A stretch of DNA of 64,000 nt from NCBI GenBank assembly GCA_907165135.1, contig OU015569.1, forward strand, positions 11,036,001 to 11,100,000, read 5' to 3'. Each line of letters opens with the position of its first letter. The stretch's first letter is position 1. Positions 23,501 through 35,633 of the stretch are shown here, in pieces. This stretch comes from Oikopleura dioica. Taxonomy: Eukaryota; Animalia; Chordata. Below the pieces are notes generated by a model. It saw only the letters and a program-made list of their open reading frames with translations. It had not been told where the DNA came from and searched no databases. The translations under genes and the position numbers were made by a program.

Positions 23501-26127
23501 TCCGAGCAAATGCCCGGCCAGGCCCCGCTACCTGGCCAAAGAGCCGGCCCGAACCGTCAACGATCGCCAAATTTGCCCCCTCCGATGCACGTCGCGCGCA
23601 ACAGATCTTCCTACACAATTGCTGATGAGCCAAGGGTTACACGAATATTTAAATAACAAATGAACAGGCTTGAAACTGTATCGAACTGTGTAGTAACCCG
23701 GTCCTAAGTTCTCAAATTTGAATATGGGCCTGAGTCACTATCCCGACCGGCGAATTCGTTCAGCTGACTTTGAATCTGAAAATGACGAGTGGCTTAGGCA
23801 CACGATCGACAGACACATTTCTAGAGCCAGTGGGAATCTTCCTGACGCGCAAAAAGAAAGCTGGAATAGAAGCTTAGGTATATAGTTATTAATCAGATTT
23901 GACACTGGTTATTATATTTTTATAGATCGGCGACGGGCGCACTCGATGCCACGAAAGGCTCACATGAACCAGGGCGTCGGTCTATTAGGTATTCCAGCAA
24001 TGCATTTTTTCGATTCTATGCGCCATTTCAGACGCGTATCCTGACCACATCCCCCGATCGCGAACGCAGCAGCGCGGCCCTACATCGCGGCCGTTTATGG
24101 GTGCCCCTCCGATGTACGACTACGAGCTTGATCCTCGCGAGCAGCCTTCCTATCTCAAGGGTATTTTACCTAAACAGAAATAGTCGATTCTGTCAATCAG
24201 TGAATGTTGAAAGTTTCAACTTAACCGCGTGGGACGAATCCCCGCGTATGAGCGCGGGACGAACCGTACATTCGAATGTCATTTAAGCAAAAACTCGAAT
24301 AACTCATGAACCGCTCGTCCGATATTCCTCAAATTTTCAGATAGTACTAATCTTTATGTCGTCTTTCATATCCTGATGTCAGAATTCATATTTTGGTTTC
24401 GTCAGAAATACTTATTTTAAAGTAAGTATGAGAGTGAGAAATTTTAATTCTCATCGTCTGTGCTCTTTTCACTCGGAAGAAGTTGCAGTTTATGAGATTT
24501 CATCAGAAATATAGATTAAACTTGCCTAAATAGCTCAAACAAACAAATTGGTTCGTTTTTACAGTAAAAATCTCAGCGGGCGCTCGAGTAGGCCAGACTT
24601 AATCCCGTGTCAGGTGCAACTGAGCCGTGATAAAATTTCCACATTTGCACAAGTTACTGAGAAGGCATGAATCAACCCACATTTAAAATTTCAAAGTTAT
24701 CGGATTTATAGTTTGGGAATACCGAGCCCCTAAAGTCTTAAATGACATTGGAATGTACGATTCGTCCCACGCGGTTAAAACTAGTAATAATAGTAGCATT
24801 TATCCAACTGTGCTTTTTCTTCCTTAGTGCGTCATTTCCCACGCAACGACGCCCTTTGCTTATTCTTGTTTTTTAGTCAAGAACAAAATTATGGCTTTCA
24901 GTGAAGCGCCAATAAATTTTTTTTTGGAGTCTCATATTAAGAATTTAGATATTGGCTCATCGTAATCTATATCCCGAATACCGAGCAACTCTTTAGATCA
25001 ACCAAACGTTTTCGAACGCCTGCGTACTTCTGAGCAGTACTCAGACTACATCCTTTCCGACTCGGAGCCCTCACTTTCTTCCATGTCTTCGTGGGGCCGG
25101 CGGAGTCCATCCAGCTCCAAGAGACGCACTCACGCCCACCACAGCAGCAGCAATCGCCACTCAAATTCCTTTTCCATGCATGATATTTCCAATTCATATA
25201 ACCAGGTAATTTCCAACTGTATTCCTTGATTGCATTCGATTTCAGTTCCCATCGTATCACCAGCCCCGCGGCCGAAGTCCGACCGAGAAGACGCACCACC
25301 GATCGCGCAAAAAGGAGCTCAACCCGCAGGAAAAACTCCGCCGCCAAAATAAACCTCGACTGTTTGTCGCGCTTTACGATTATGACCCTTTATCCCAATC
25401 GCCAAATGATGATGCGGTTGAGGTAAGCGAACATTAAATCATTCCTGTCACTGAGCTTTTTTAGGTTGAATTGAGCTTCCGTGTTGGGCAATTGATAAAA
25501 ATATTTGGAGAAAAGGATGAAGATGGATTTTTCAAGGTACCTTCCTCTATTTACTGTTTTTTTTATTCAATTTAGGGAGCAACGCGGGATGGCCACAGAG
25601 GGCTAGTGCCATGCAACCACATTGCCGAAGTAGATGTGCCAAATTCATCAACGATGGAATCGCTTTACGAAAAAGGATTTTTAAACTCGGACTCGGAGAA
25701 GATCTCCACTCGCCAATCGAAGCCGAAATTCAAAGCGCCTCGTGGTCAGAGCCAGGGCAGAAATAAACAAGTCAGTGGCTCGCCTCTTTCCGAGCGCAAC
25801 AAGAAAATGTAAGTACAATGGATGAATATCAAATGTTGAAAAGTCGATCTTAGGAATCAGGGCAAGAAGGGAAACAACGGCGTGGGGGACATTTACGTAG
25901 CAGTTTATGATTACAATCCATCTCTGACAAGTCCGAACGTTGACACGCGCGACGAAGAGCTCAAGTTGCAAAAAGGGGATGTCGTTCGCGTGCTGGGCCC
26001 GCTCGATTACGACGGCTTCTTCTATGCCGAGGTCAACGGGCGCCGCGGCTTCGTCCCTTCCAATTTTCTCCAGCTCCAGAACAAGCCCAAATCAGAAGCG
26101 AAAATGAACAAATCTGAGAAAAAATAA
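20528..26127 (+). CDS. RIMBP2: RIMS-binding protein (SH3 - FN3 repeats - SH3 - SH3)
   Basis: SH3-1 VYLARYDYNPYDGPN..ELELFLSAGEYVYV..DGFYFGE..RGLVPGNY; FN3 VPFPRQIRVDKKLQHSLLISW; SH3-2 LFVALYDYDPLSQSPNDDAVE; SH3-3 VAVYDYNP..DGFFYAEVNGRRGFVPSNFL. The start codon is tentative. Confidence 0.9.
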
Positions 26128-26174
26128 ATTATTCATCCCTCTTCTTTTCTTTCTTCAGTTTTATTTTTGTAGAA

Positions 26175-27377
26175 TTATTCAAGATCGTCAAGGGGTTTAA
26201 AGTACAGAAGCTTTGTGAGTTGTGACTGTATTTGCGGCATTTCCTTCTTTTTGTCTGATTGCACATTGGAAGTTATCGAGACAAAGTCTTGTGCGACTGA
26301 AGCATTCACTCGTATCAGCGTTTGATGAAATTCTAAGAAATTTATACGAAAATTCTCCGTTGCAAGATTATACCTTCAGAATAGGTCCATCTGAGGCAAT
26401 CGCAAAGTGTAGAAATGAACCAGCTTCCTTTTGTAGGACTTCTCCATGAAAGATGACCCTCTAGAATTCTGGTTAATCAAAATTGAAGACTGTGAGCACC
26501 TGTTGTAGCGTAATGCACTAGAACATCGGCATCAATCGGCCAAGTTCTTGGAGTACGAAAGGGCTTGGGCTCCTCCTCGACATGTTGAATTTGAGCTCCA
26601 GCTCGACCCCTCCAGCCCTCCATGTAGTCATGTCCTCGGCAAGCTTGGACAAAGAACAGCTACAGTAAAGGATGAAAAGAATGAGGAAAAATTGAAGATT
26701 TACTTTTGGTTTGCCAACAAGGGTTCTGTTTTTTCGAATTGGATTGACGAACCCACGAATATTCATGCTGCCGCTTTTCCGCCCTCAGAAAAAATATCAT
26801 TCAATTGAATAAAAAATTAATGAAATTCTGAGAACAGTTCCTGTGGCAGAAAATCTCTCCATTGGCTTCTCCATGCGCTAGAATGGCACACCCGAACATT
26901 TGGTACTCTTCCATGTCTCCCTACTCAAAATCGAATTGAACTAATATTTTAAAAAATGATGTAACCTCGCCATATCTTTTGAGTTTGATGACGGTTTCTC
27001 TCATTGTCAAATCGTCATATACTTTGACCAGAAATCCCAACTCCGTCATGATTTGCTTCAATCTCTGGACATCCCGTTCGCTTCCTCGTCTTGGCTTTCT
27101 GAAGTCATAAAATTGTATGAAATATGGCTTTTCCGAGTTCGTACCCGTAATATTTGCTTTTTTCCGAATAGTGCTGATAATTGAAAATGACGAAATAGCC
27201 TCGTTTAGTAAACTTGTTGCTGTAGCTCAACTCGGAAAGATTAATTTCGATGTCTGGGTAAGTTTCAACAGCTGTAGCGTCCGACTCGTCGAGGCTGGAC
27301 TTCTCCAGCCCCTTGTAATCATCAGGTAAGCTGTGTTCAGTCACCGAACGCGGCTCAAAGTAATCTGCATCTATCAT
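26175..27377 (-). CDS. Caspase with short acidic prodomain (caspase-3/7-like effector type)
   Basis: RRGSERDVQRLKQIMTELGF; CAILAHG (catalytic His); KPK-LFFVQACRG (catalytic Cys); small subunit DADVLVHYAT, SWRSPTKGSWFI, QMP-equivalent EMPQIQSQLTKLLYF; stop at 26175. Confidence 0.92.
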
Positions 27378-27821
27378 TATTATTTTTTCTCTTTGACGTA
27401 GCTTTATCCCGCTTGACTTAAATTTAACTGCTCAGGAAACGCGTGACTCACACACATTTACACGGAGAACTGTATCAGCAAGAACTTGCTGTAATTTGCT
27501 TGTGGGGTTTAAATAAAGCTCAAAACAAGCCACAGAATTGTATTGATTCGACGTGCGGTTTTAAAAGGGGTCTCGGGGAAGAAATAAAGATGGACGACTT
27601 TTCGAACTTTTGGGTCGAAATGAGAGTCGATACGTACAGTCAGTCGGTTTTTCTGTAAAGAGAAAAATGATCTTTTCATTTTGTGGCCCTTGTAAGATGT
27701 GCGTTGCGGGAGTTGAAGAATGGTAAGAAATTGAATGAAGAATTTTTAATATTTTTCGAAGCACAATAATTTTGACCGAGTGCAGTATAATTTGCTGCCG
27801 CAAGAAAAACTCATCAGTGAT

Positions 27822-28296
27822 CATGAGCGCACCAATTCGTCGGCTTGGAAGACTGGATCTTCGATCCAAACAGTCGGACATGGAAGAAGATCACCGTCGA
27901 CAAGCGCTGCTCTTTGCGCATTATTCTACTGACGAAACAGCTAGGTTACAATTTATGGCGGAGACCTACAGAATGAGGTAGATTCTTTCTGATTAAAAAT
28001 ACGACGACTTTTGAAGAATGGAGCAAGGATTGATTCACACAGAATCTTTCGATGAAATTAGCTCGGATTTGGAGGCGGCGCTGGAAGAGGATCTCGACGA
28101 GCTCGATGACGACCAAGAAGAAGACAACGAAATGGATGATGCGGACGAGGCCGAGCTACTTGGGATAAAACAAATGCGTTAGATATTTCTGCAATGAATG
28201 AGATTAACTCGGTAAAAGGCTGACAATGTCGACGTTGGGGACATGGATGATGATGGTGGTGATGCTAACGATGCGGGAGATGACTTTGCTGACTGA
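27822..28296 (+). CDS. Small, highly acidic three-exon protein of unknown function
   Basis: MSAPIRRLGRLDLRS...YRMR | MEQGL...EEDLDELDDDQEED... | ADNVDVGDMDDDGGD...DFAD*. Short introns keep the frame. The start could be further upstream (about 27666). Confidence 0.5.
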
Positions 28297-28779
28297 GCAA
28301 CCTTGTTTTGGAGTAAAAATCGAAATCGCAAATTGCAAAAAATAAAGTGAATTCAATGTTTTTCTGTTTTTAAATTTATTTAAATTTATATTTTCCGTCA
28401 AAGATTTCAGTACGTCATCACGAAGTTTTGAATTTCATTTTATTGTTTTATATATCTTTGACTCGAGTCTGTCCCTTTTAAAGAGGGCTTCTAAAGAGGG
28501 CAGCAGAGGCACTTAAACGAACCATTGTAAATCTTAATCTTTATCTATCGCTATCTACTTATTCTCGTTTATCTAACTAGAACATCGCTCTGCCGAATGA
28601 ACCAAAGAACAATTTCAGTAAAATTATTGTAAAAAAATTCGAAAAATGTAGCTACAAAATTGTGATCGCGTTTCTCTAATTGCTAGAGGCGGGTCTTTCT
28701 AACTAATTGTAGCGATTGGGGTGTCAATCATCTATCGCTCTCCAATTCAGGATTTTTTGATCTTGACTTCGAAGCTAAA

Positions 28780-30551
28780 ATGCTCTTTATTTTTCTGAAG
28801 TTCTTTCTTTTCAAGAGAATTAGCGGAGATCTGGAAGATGTTGACATTGATATTCTCAAATCAGTCACGAGCGGCGTCTACATTGAGTGCAAAATGGACA
28901 AGGTAACTTTATCAAAGCTTTTTTCAATAGAAAATATCAGAAAAGTCCCTTTTTAATTGTGTAGATGTGTGCTTGGATGCCAGAAAAGTGGCTTGCAGAA
29001 AACGGAATTGAAGAAGAAGATGTTCCCTGGTTGGCATTCGCCGAATCTGAAGACGAAGAGTGTCAAGCGAGAGATATCGGAGCGCTAGAAGGTATGCCTG
29101 AAGATGCGCATTACTGGCTCTGGTGTTCGAGAGAAGAGAGTGAAGAGGAAAGAGAGGCGTATGGAGACGAAGAAGGTGGATTGGCGCATTATACTTGCGG
29201 CACGGAAACTTCCATTCATCAGGGCAATGCTGATCCAAATGGACCTGCTTGGTTGGAAGAACCGCACATTAGACACAACAACACGATTTCAACTAGCAAT
29301 CCTTTTCTCATGAAACAGATCTTCCTTCCAGTTGAGTGCGAATGGCCGACAACTTCTGGCGGCGATGAACCGATGGGTTTTCCTTTCGCTAAATCGAATT
29401 CCTACTTCGCAACAAACAACAAGATCGACATGACAGTTGGGATAAGTCTCTATAAAACTGCTGCATTCGACGAATTGTACAGTGAAAAGCCGAAATACCT
29501 CCTTGGTGGATCGAACAAAGACAATGTCTTCCTTGCTATCAAATTGATTTCTGATGTGCCAGATGACGTGGGAATTAATGTAATTCATCTGTGGGCTTCT
29601 CCAGGTACTTAAGAAAAATGTTCAGAGATGTTCACTCTATAAGCAAGAATCAAGAATAAAAAATTTTATTTCAACCATGAGGCACTAAAACAGCATTATG
29701 AGAAGGGTAATGAATCATTACGGATACTAGCGGTGAATCTCGAAATTTTCTTCGTGTCTTCATTTTTTCGTCATTGTAAAGAAATTATCACTTGAAAGTT
29801 TCAAGTTGAAACTCGAAATTTTTCTCGGCTTTTTATCGGTACCCAAAGGAGGGCCGAAAATGTGATATTTAACGATATCCCGTTGTGCGATGGCCACCAT
29901 TTGGTCTATTTCCCAAGAGCGAACCAATATTAGAATATTGGAATGTTGTTAGAAGAATGTGTTAAACAAGCATTTCAGCTGCGAGCTCCAGTCAGGAAAT
30001 CTACTACGCTTGGATATTGCAAGGCTGCCAAACTCACTCCCAGGTTGGTTTTTGATCTCTTTTCATAATTTACCGTTTTTTAGGTTCAATATCTGAGCTC
30101 CCCAGTCGAAAAAGAAGTCCGTATTTCTTTGCCAGTTTTTATGTTCGAAGGTAAGCGTAAAATTTCAAAGCTCGGGTAACAATTGTTTCCAATAGATTCA
30201 AACGAAGTCTACTTCCACACAATCGTTCAAGCCTGCCGCGGAGCTGACTGTTCATCCAGCACGTGTTCATCCCCTTCCGAGCCTTCCTGGACTGATTTCA
30301 ACCTCGACAGGCAAAAGTTCTCGCTTTCAAGAAGTCGAAGGGTAACTCATGGCTTCCTTCTGCAACTTTACTGACTAAATTTTTAGAGTAACGCAGCTCC
30401 AGACTCGTCGCTTCTGACAATTGGGCCAATTTTGATTCAACCTCAGCCGCAAGATTTCAGATCAAGCGGAATCAATCACATTTTCCTTTCATTCGGCTTC
30501 TGTCTTTTCGTATTTTTGGTGATTATCAACTGTCAAATCTTGATCCTATAG
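28780..30551 (+). CDS. Zona pellucida (ZP) domain protein with signal peptide, furin site, external hydrophobic patch and C-terminal anchor
   Basis: Signal MLFIFLKFFLFKRISG; ZP-N VYIECKMDKM..TCGT..HNNTI..LPVECEW; ZP-C VGISLYKTAAF..VFLAIKL..HLWASP..WILQGC..RISLPVFMF..VYFHTIVQAC..DC...TC; then RSRR, LTIGPILI and a hydrophobic tail. All joined by short introns in frame. Confidence 0.78.
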
Positions 30552-30744
30552 ATTTTTCTATAAAGTATTGATAAAGTATTGATAAATCAATGAAAATATA
30601 ATATAATCCGTTCAAGGTCGTTTCTGCTCTTTCCTCTCCGCCATCTCGTGACAAAAACATCGCGCTTTATCTAAAACAGGCACACACGCGCATTTATTCT
30701 TTGCGCTTTGATAGGAGCTCCAGAAAAATATTGAAATCGAGGAG

Positions 30745-32930
30745 ATGATAGATAAAAATACAATAAAAGATTGGCTACATGATTTGCTTCCTAAGTTGAA
30801 AAGAGAAACAACGAGATCTCAAAAATGCAGATTGATTCTTTCGGTGGAAAGAGAAGTTTTTGGGAATGTTGAAGGTGGACCTGGCTACTGGGATTTTGTT
30901 GTTATGAGTGATGGCCAACTTGCCGATGTGTATAGAAATGAAGAGAGTTATCTGGGACCCTTCTCGAAGATGGGCACTTTTCCAATTACTCCTTTTCAGC
31001 AGCAACTACTTGAGCGGAATCCTCATTTAGTTAATAAAAAAATAAATCGAGAAGAATTGAAAGCTGAACTGGGTAGATGGGATTCATCATGCGGATTTAT
31101 CTCTGGTAAATCTAAAAATATTTCTCATTTGTTTATGATTTACTAGGAGGAGAAGCAGCTATTGGCGAAGAAAATGGAGTTTTCTATCGGATTCAACCGT
31201 TTGATTCAAGTTTATTTACTCCAGAACTACCTTATCAAGATTTGAAATTTGTCATCCACACTGCTGACGGTAAAATTCAGAGTCCTTGTAAAAAAACCTT
31301 GCTTATCATTATATTAAGAGTTCATAAAAGCAACCGATGACAAGAAGAAAAATGATAAATCGATTCCAATTCATCCAAATGTCATCAAGCATTATGCAAA
31401 CATCGAAATTTTCCTGAAAACTGATCGGCTGAACGAAGATTGCTTAGGTTGGATAACATGTTTGGAGGAGGGAGATTCGAATTTGAGGAGCAATCTGCGG
31501 TCAGAGTCACTTTCCATCGATCAAAGAAGAAGCAGTTGGGGTGCGTGCTGGTTTCGAATATCTGTCGAGTGTTGGAATAGCGCATTCCGATCAGAAAATG
31601 GAAAATATTGTTCTTGTTGGATCAGATCTCACCCCAAAATGGATAGATTATGGTCTCGCTTATGACCGAACTGGGCGTGAAAGCTATCGGAAAATGGGTT
31701 ACGCTAGAAAGGGAGGAAAGTTTCGATACAGTCAAACTCTGTATGCTGGATCTGCTGGAACGTGTACAGCATCTCAAATTCTTGGCGGTCCGAAATCAGC
31801 AGAAGAATTGTGGATGAAAATGATTCCTGATAAAGGAAATCTTCGACTTTGTAAAGAACTCTTCTACTTTATATTTTGCGATTGGAAAACTGCCTGGGAT
31901 CTTCTCTTCAGACCGAGAAACAAAAACGAACGAGAATCAATTCTTCCTATAATTGATGCTTGCAATCTATCTTGGCTTCACCGTTCAGCGAATTTCGACT
32001 CAAAAAGCTTAGCGGATGATCAACTTGAATCAGTCTCCTCAATCCTTTCCATTGACAATACCGATCCGGAATTCATTCTTGATGGAAATATCACAAAATC
32101 CATTCAAATGTGCATGCTAAAGCATAAACTCGAAAAGAACTACCGCCAGACCTTCCAGAACGCTACAAGAAATGTTGTCGATCAAAAAGACTCGAATCTA
32201 TGTGTTCCGATTGCCGTCACGTCGTTGCTTCGAACAGCAATTGTGAATTACTCCAATGAATTGACAAATCATCCTCAGTTCAATGTCGTCGTAAAGGATC
32301 AATTCCTCAAAGAAGTGCAGTCTGCATTCAGTTTTGAGCGAATGTTCCATTATATCACGATGAAAATTTATCCACGGAGTTTGGCTGGATTGAATTTGAA
32401 TCCGAATGATGATGAGGTAGAAGTACAGTATTCTGCTTGTGTAGAAGGTATTCTTCAATGTTTGACAATTCCAACATTTGAATATGAATCTGGTTGGTAT
32501 CGGATAGAGCGTATATTCAAGCGCTATATGATGGTGTGTACTGATTTTCTTCTTGGAACCACTTTGGATATTAAGAGAGGTAATCCGAGAATAATGTAGC
32601 TCAAAATGAGATTTTGTAGTTGACTTGCACGAAGATTTTGTTTTCATTCGCCCAGTTACTGTAACTGCTATAATCAAGATTCAAAATGTGATTTTGAAGC
32701 ATCAAATGAACATTGATCGAGTCGAACATGGCGAATTCGTCCTTCAAAATACCCAACCTGACAACAACAACGATGTTGAAATACGCGTTCCACTTTCTCG
32801 CCCTTACTTCTTTGATAATAACGCTAATCGAGGCCTTCCACGACAGTTTATACTCGAAGAAGATATGCAGATCGATACATGGTACATTTATTCTTGCGGC
32901 TACACTATAGAAATAAAAGAAGGTCAATGA
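30745..32930 (+). CDS. Atypical protein-kinase-like domain followed by a predicted papain-fold cysteine peptidase domain; one internal frameshift
   Basis: Kinase: GFISGGEA loop, IHPNVIK, HSDQKMENIVLV, KWIDYGL. C-terminal domain: DQKDSNLC and HQMNIDRVEHGEFVLQN. GT-AG introns near 31106-31146, 31270-31319 and 32577-32620. Frame break near 31520-31540. Confidence 0.68.
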
Positions 32931-35633
32931 TTGATCCTTCTTATTACTCCAATAATGAAAATCTTTCCGTCTTGTTTGTTATCTTTCTAGTCAGAAAAAA
33001 GCATAGTTCGAAGTTAAAAATTGATCTCTTTATTTTAATAAAATACTGTTTGCATAAATGAACGTTTATTTTGGATGGAAATCCAGTGCCTCTTGTATTT
33101 GTAAAGGGATATTTTCTGCAAGAAGGCGAAAAACAAGCGATTTGAGAGTGTCAATCAAACTTGATAGCACTGAATGCCCCTCGCGATAGTACTGAAGTCC
33201 GCGCACGATAGAAGCTCCCACTTGTCGCGATTCTCGGCAGGAGATAGTTTCGTTTTTCTTTCTTTTTTTGCGAATGAAGGACGATAAATCAATCACTCAT
33301 TTTTAAATTATATTTTGGCCTTGAAAATGCAATCGAAATAGCGATTTTGAAATCATAGAAGAGTGCATTTCTCGAATTCATAAAAAGAGTTTTCTTAATT
33401 CAAACCCTAACCCTAACTTAGTTAAGAAAGATAATTTTTCTCAGAGTAAGCAAAAGAAGTTGCCCTGGGACCTTCTTTTTTCGCGAGGAATCGGAGAGCT
33501 GGGATTAGCAGCAAAGGCAACGCGCCGGTGGTGAGAAAAATCTTGTCAAAACTTTCTATACGCGGCTTGATGTTTGATTCTAGCTCCAACAATGGCACAC
33601 GCCACGGGTCATTCTCACCCAGGCTTCGTCCCAGCAACAAATCTTATCAAAACTACAGTTCGTAAACTCGATGCCTTTAGCGGGCCCTGGAGAGTGGTTA
33701 AAAAGTCGATTTATAGCTTCCCGAGATCAGTGGCGGCGGACTCGCTGCTCTCCATAATCTTGAATAAATGATAATTCACCGGAGGTATCTGACGGACAGA
33801 TCATTACCGGGCTCAGCTTTGGCGCGACCAGCTGTCAGACTCCAGTTCCCACACCGGAGCAGCTAGAATAACCGACGTGAAGAAACGTGAATAACAGCCC
33901 ACCAGCTAAGCCAACACCACTTTCTAGGGAAGATGATAGGAGCATCTTGGGTTCAAAAAATGACGAAACTCGTCGGAGATCTTTTGTTGAAGTTTTAGGA
34001 TTTATTTTAGAAAGACATAATTCTACGAGGTTTCAATTTCGTTCCCACCATTGGTAGTAAAAAATTGATCTTCATGAATGAATCCATCAAAATCGCCATT
34101 TCAGTTCATTCTCCCGTTGAATAAACACACTCATTCTACGACTGACACTTAGGGATTAAAGAAGTGAGTGCCTTAAAGCTTTGTGATGGACGTTTTTGAC
34201 TTCGCGATTATCCATGTTCCTGGTCGTCCTGACGCCGCTTGGCCAAACAGTTTACCGCAAATGTCACTTATCGGTACCTTTTTTGACATTGCCAGAAGAA
34301 AATTTTTTTTTTAAATCATCATCACGGGAGCGAACACAAAACGAAAGAAAAAAAGCTCACCCTGCTGAGCGTGAATAAAGCTGAGAGTGGCTCTCTCTCG
34401 GCTAAGCTGCGGCTTTGACGAGCAAAAGCAAGCTCGATAGTGTTTCGTTAGGGCTTTTCTTTTGATCAGCGGCGCCGCGGGGAACTCCCGTCGCCGACAA
34501 TTTACATTTCCTTCGCAAACGACCAGCGTTACAGTAATAAACGGCTTTAGTTACCACCGGAGGTCATGGACGAAACTAATCATTTTCGATTAACAGCACT
34601 CTTGGGAGCCTTTTTGCAATGAAATTTCTCTAGAAAAAAACGGTTTCTTTAGATCTTTTATGGCAAAGAAATTTAGGGGTTCACTAGTTCAATTCGTCGT
34701 CAAGAATTTTTCTTAAGAATTTAGGAGGCGAGACCCTTATTTTATTCTCCAAAACAAAGATTGAGTCTTTTACCAGAATCATCAAGTTTTTATGCTATTC
34801 AAAGGCAGATTTTGTTAACTCTAACTTACGAAAAAGAAGAATAAAGCTAAAACCTTATTTTGAATAAATAAAATAAGGGTGTCATTAAGCTAAGTTTTTT
34901 TTCAACAAAACTGTAGCGAAAAATTAGGTTTATCAACAGTTTCTGTCAGAAGAACTTTTCTTATAGAAAAAAGGGTTGGATAGGACCTTATTCGAGGAGC
35001 TACGTCTGCCCGTCTGGGGATGAGGAGAGTGTTTTTGGGAAGCGCTGCTTACGACAAGAATTCCGATCTCTTGATTAGACGCGTTCACATGCGCAGTAAA
35101 TTAGACTTACATTTCCGGCCAGTGTGAACAATCTCAGCTCCCGCGAATAATCTTCATAAGCTCGAATTTAACGATGAAAACTGACTCAATTTTTATTTTA
35201 ACGAATTAATCCTTTCGAATCCGATCCTGCGAAAACTCAATCAACACGGCTTTTTGGACAAAAGTAGGTTTTTATTTTTTCGTTTTTGCTTCTTGAAAAG
35301 CTAGTTACAGTCAGAAATAATAACTTAAGGATCAGTGGGGCACAACTTCGTATATTCCGTAATACTTTTTTTGAGTGAATATACTTCTTGGTATAAATAG
35401 AGATATAGATATTCGTTTATACAGAGCAAAAGCAATATGCATATCAATATTTGAATCTTACGAATGTTTACGATACGGAATACGAATTACTACATGCACA
35501 TGTACAGTCATAGTAGCGATAGAACAGAGTTATTTACAAAGTGAGGTACTTTCGAAGGGTCTTGAAAAATGGTGAAGATGAAAGGGATGAGGACGCTGAA
35601 CTGGACAGGAAATATTTTTTAGCTTTACTGGCG

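Noticed and set aside
30218-30245. QACRG motif suggesting a second caspase
   Set aside because: It lies in the ZP-C exon (VYFHTIVQACRGADC), where the Cys matches a conserved ZP cysteine. There is no upstream SHG/AHG motif or other caspase sequence, so it is coincidental.
33060-34300. Coding-like segments on both strands, including KLDAFSGPWRVVKK (gypsy integrase GPY/F-like) on + and LLRCGNW..GNDLSVRY (PH-like) on -
   Set aside because: No consistent open spliced model on either strand and no supporting RT/integrase core. Motif matches are too short to trust without tBLASTn or RNA-seq.
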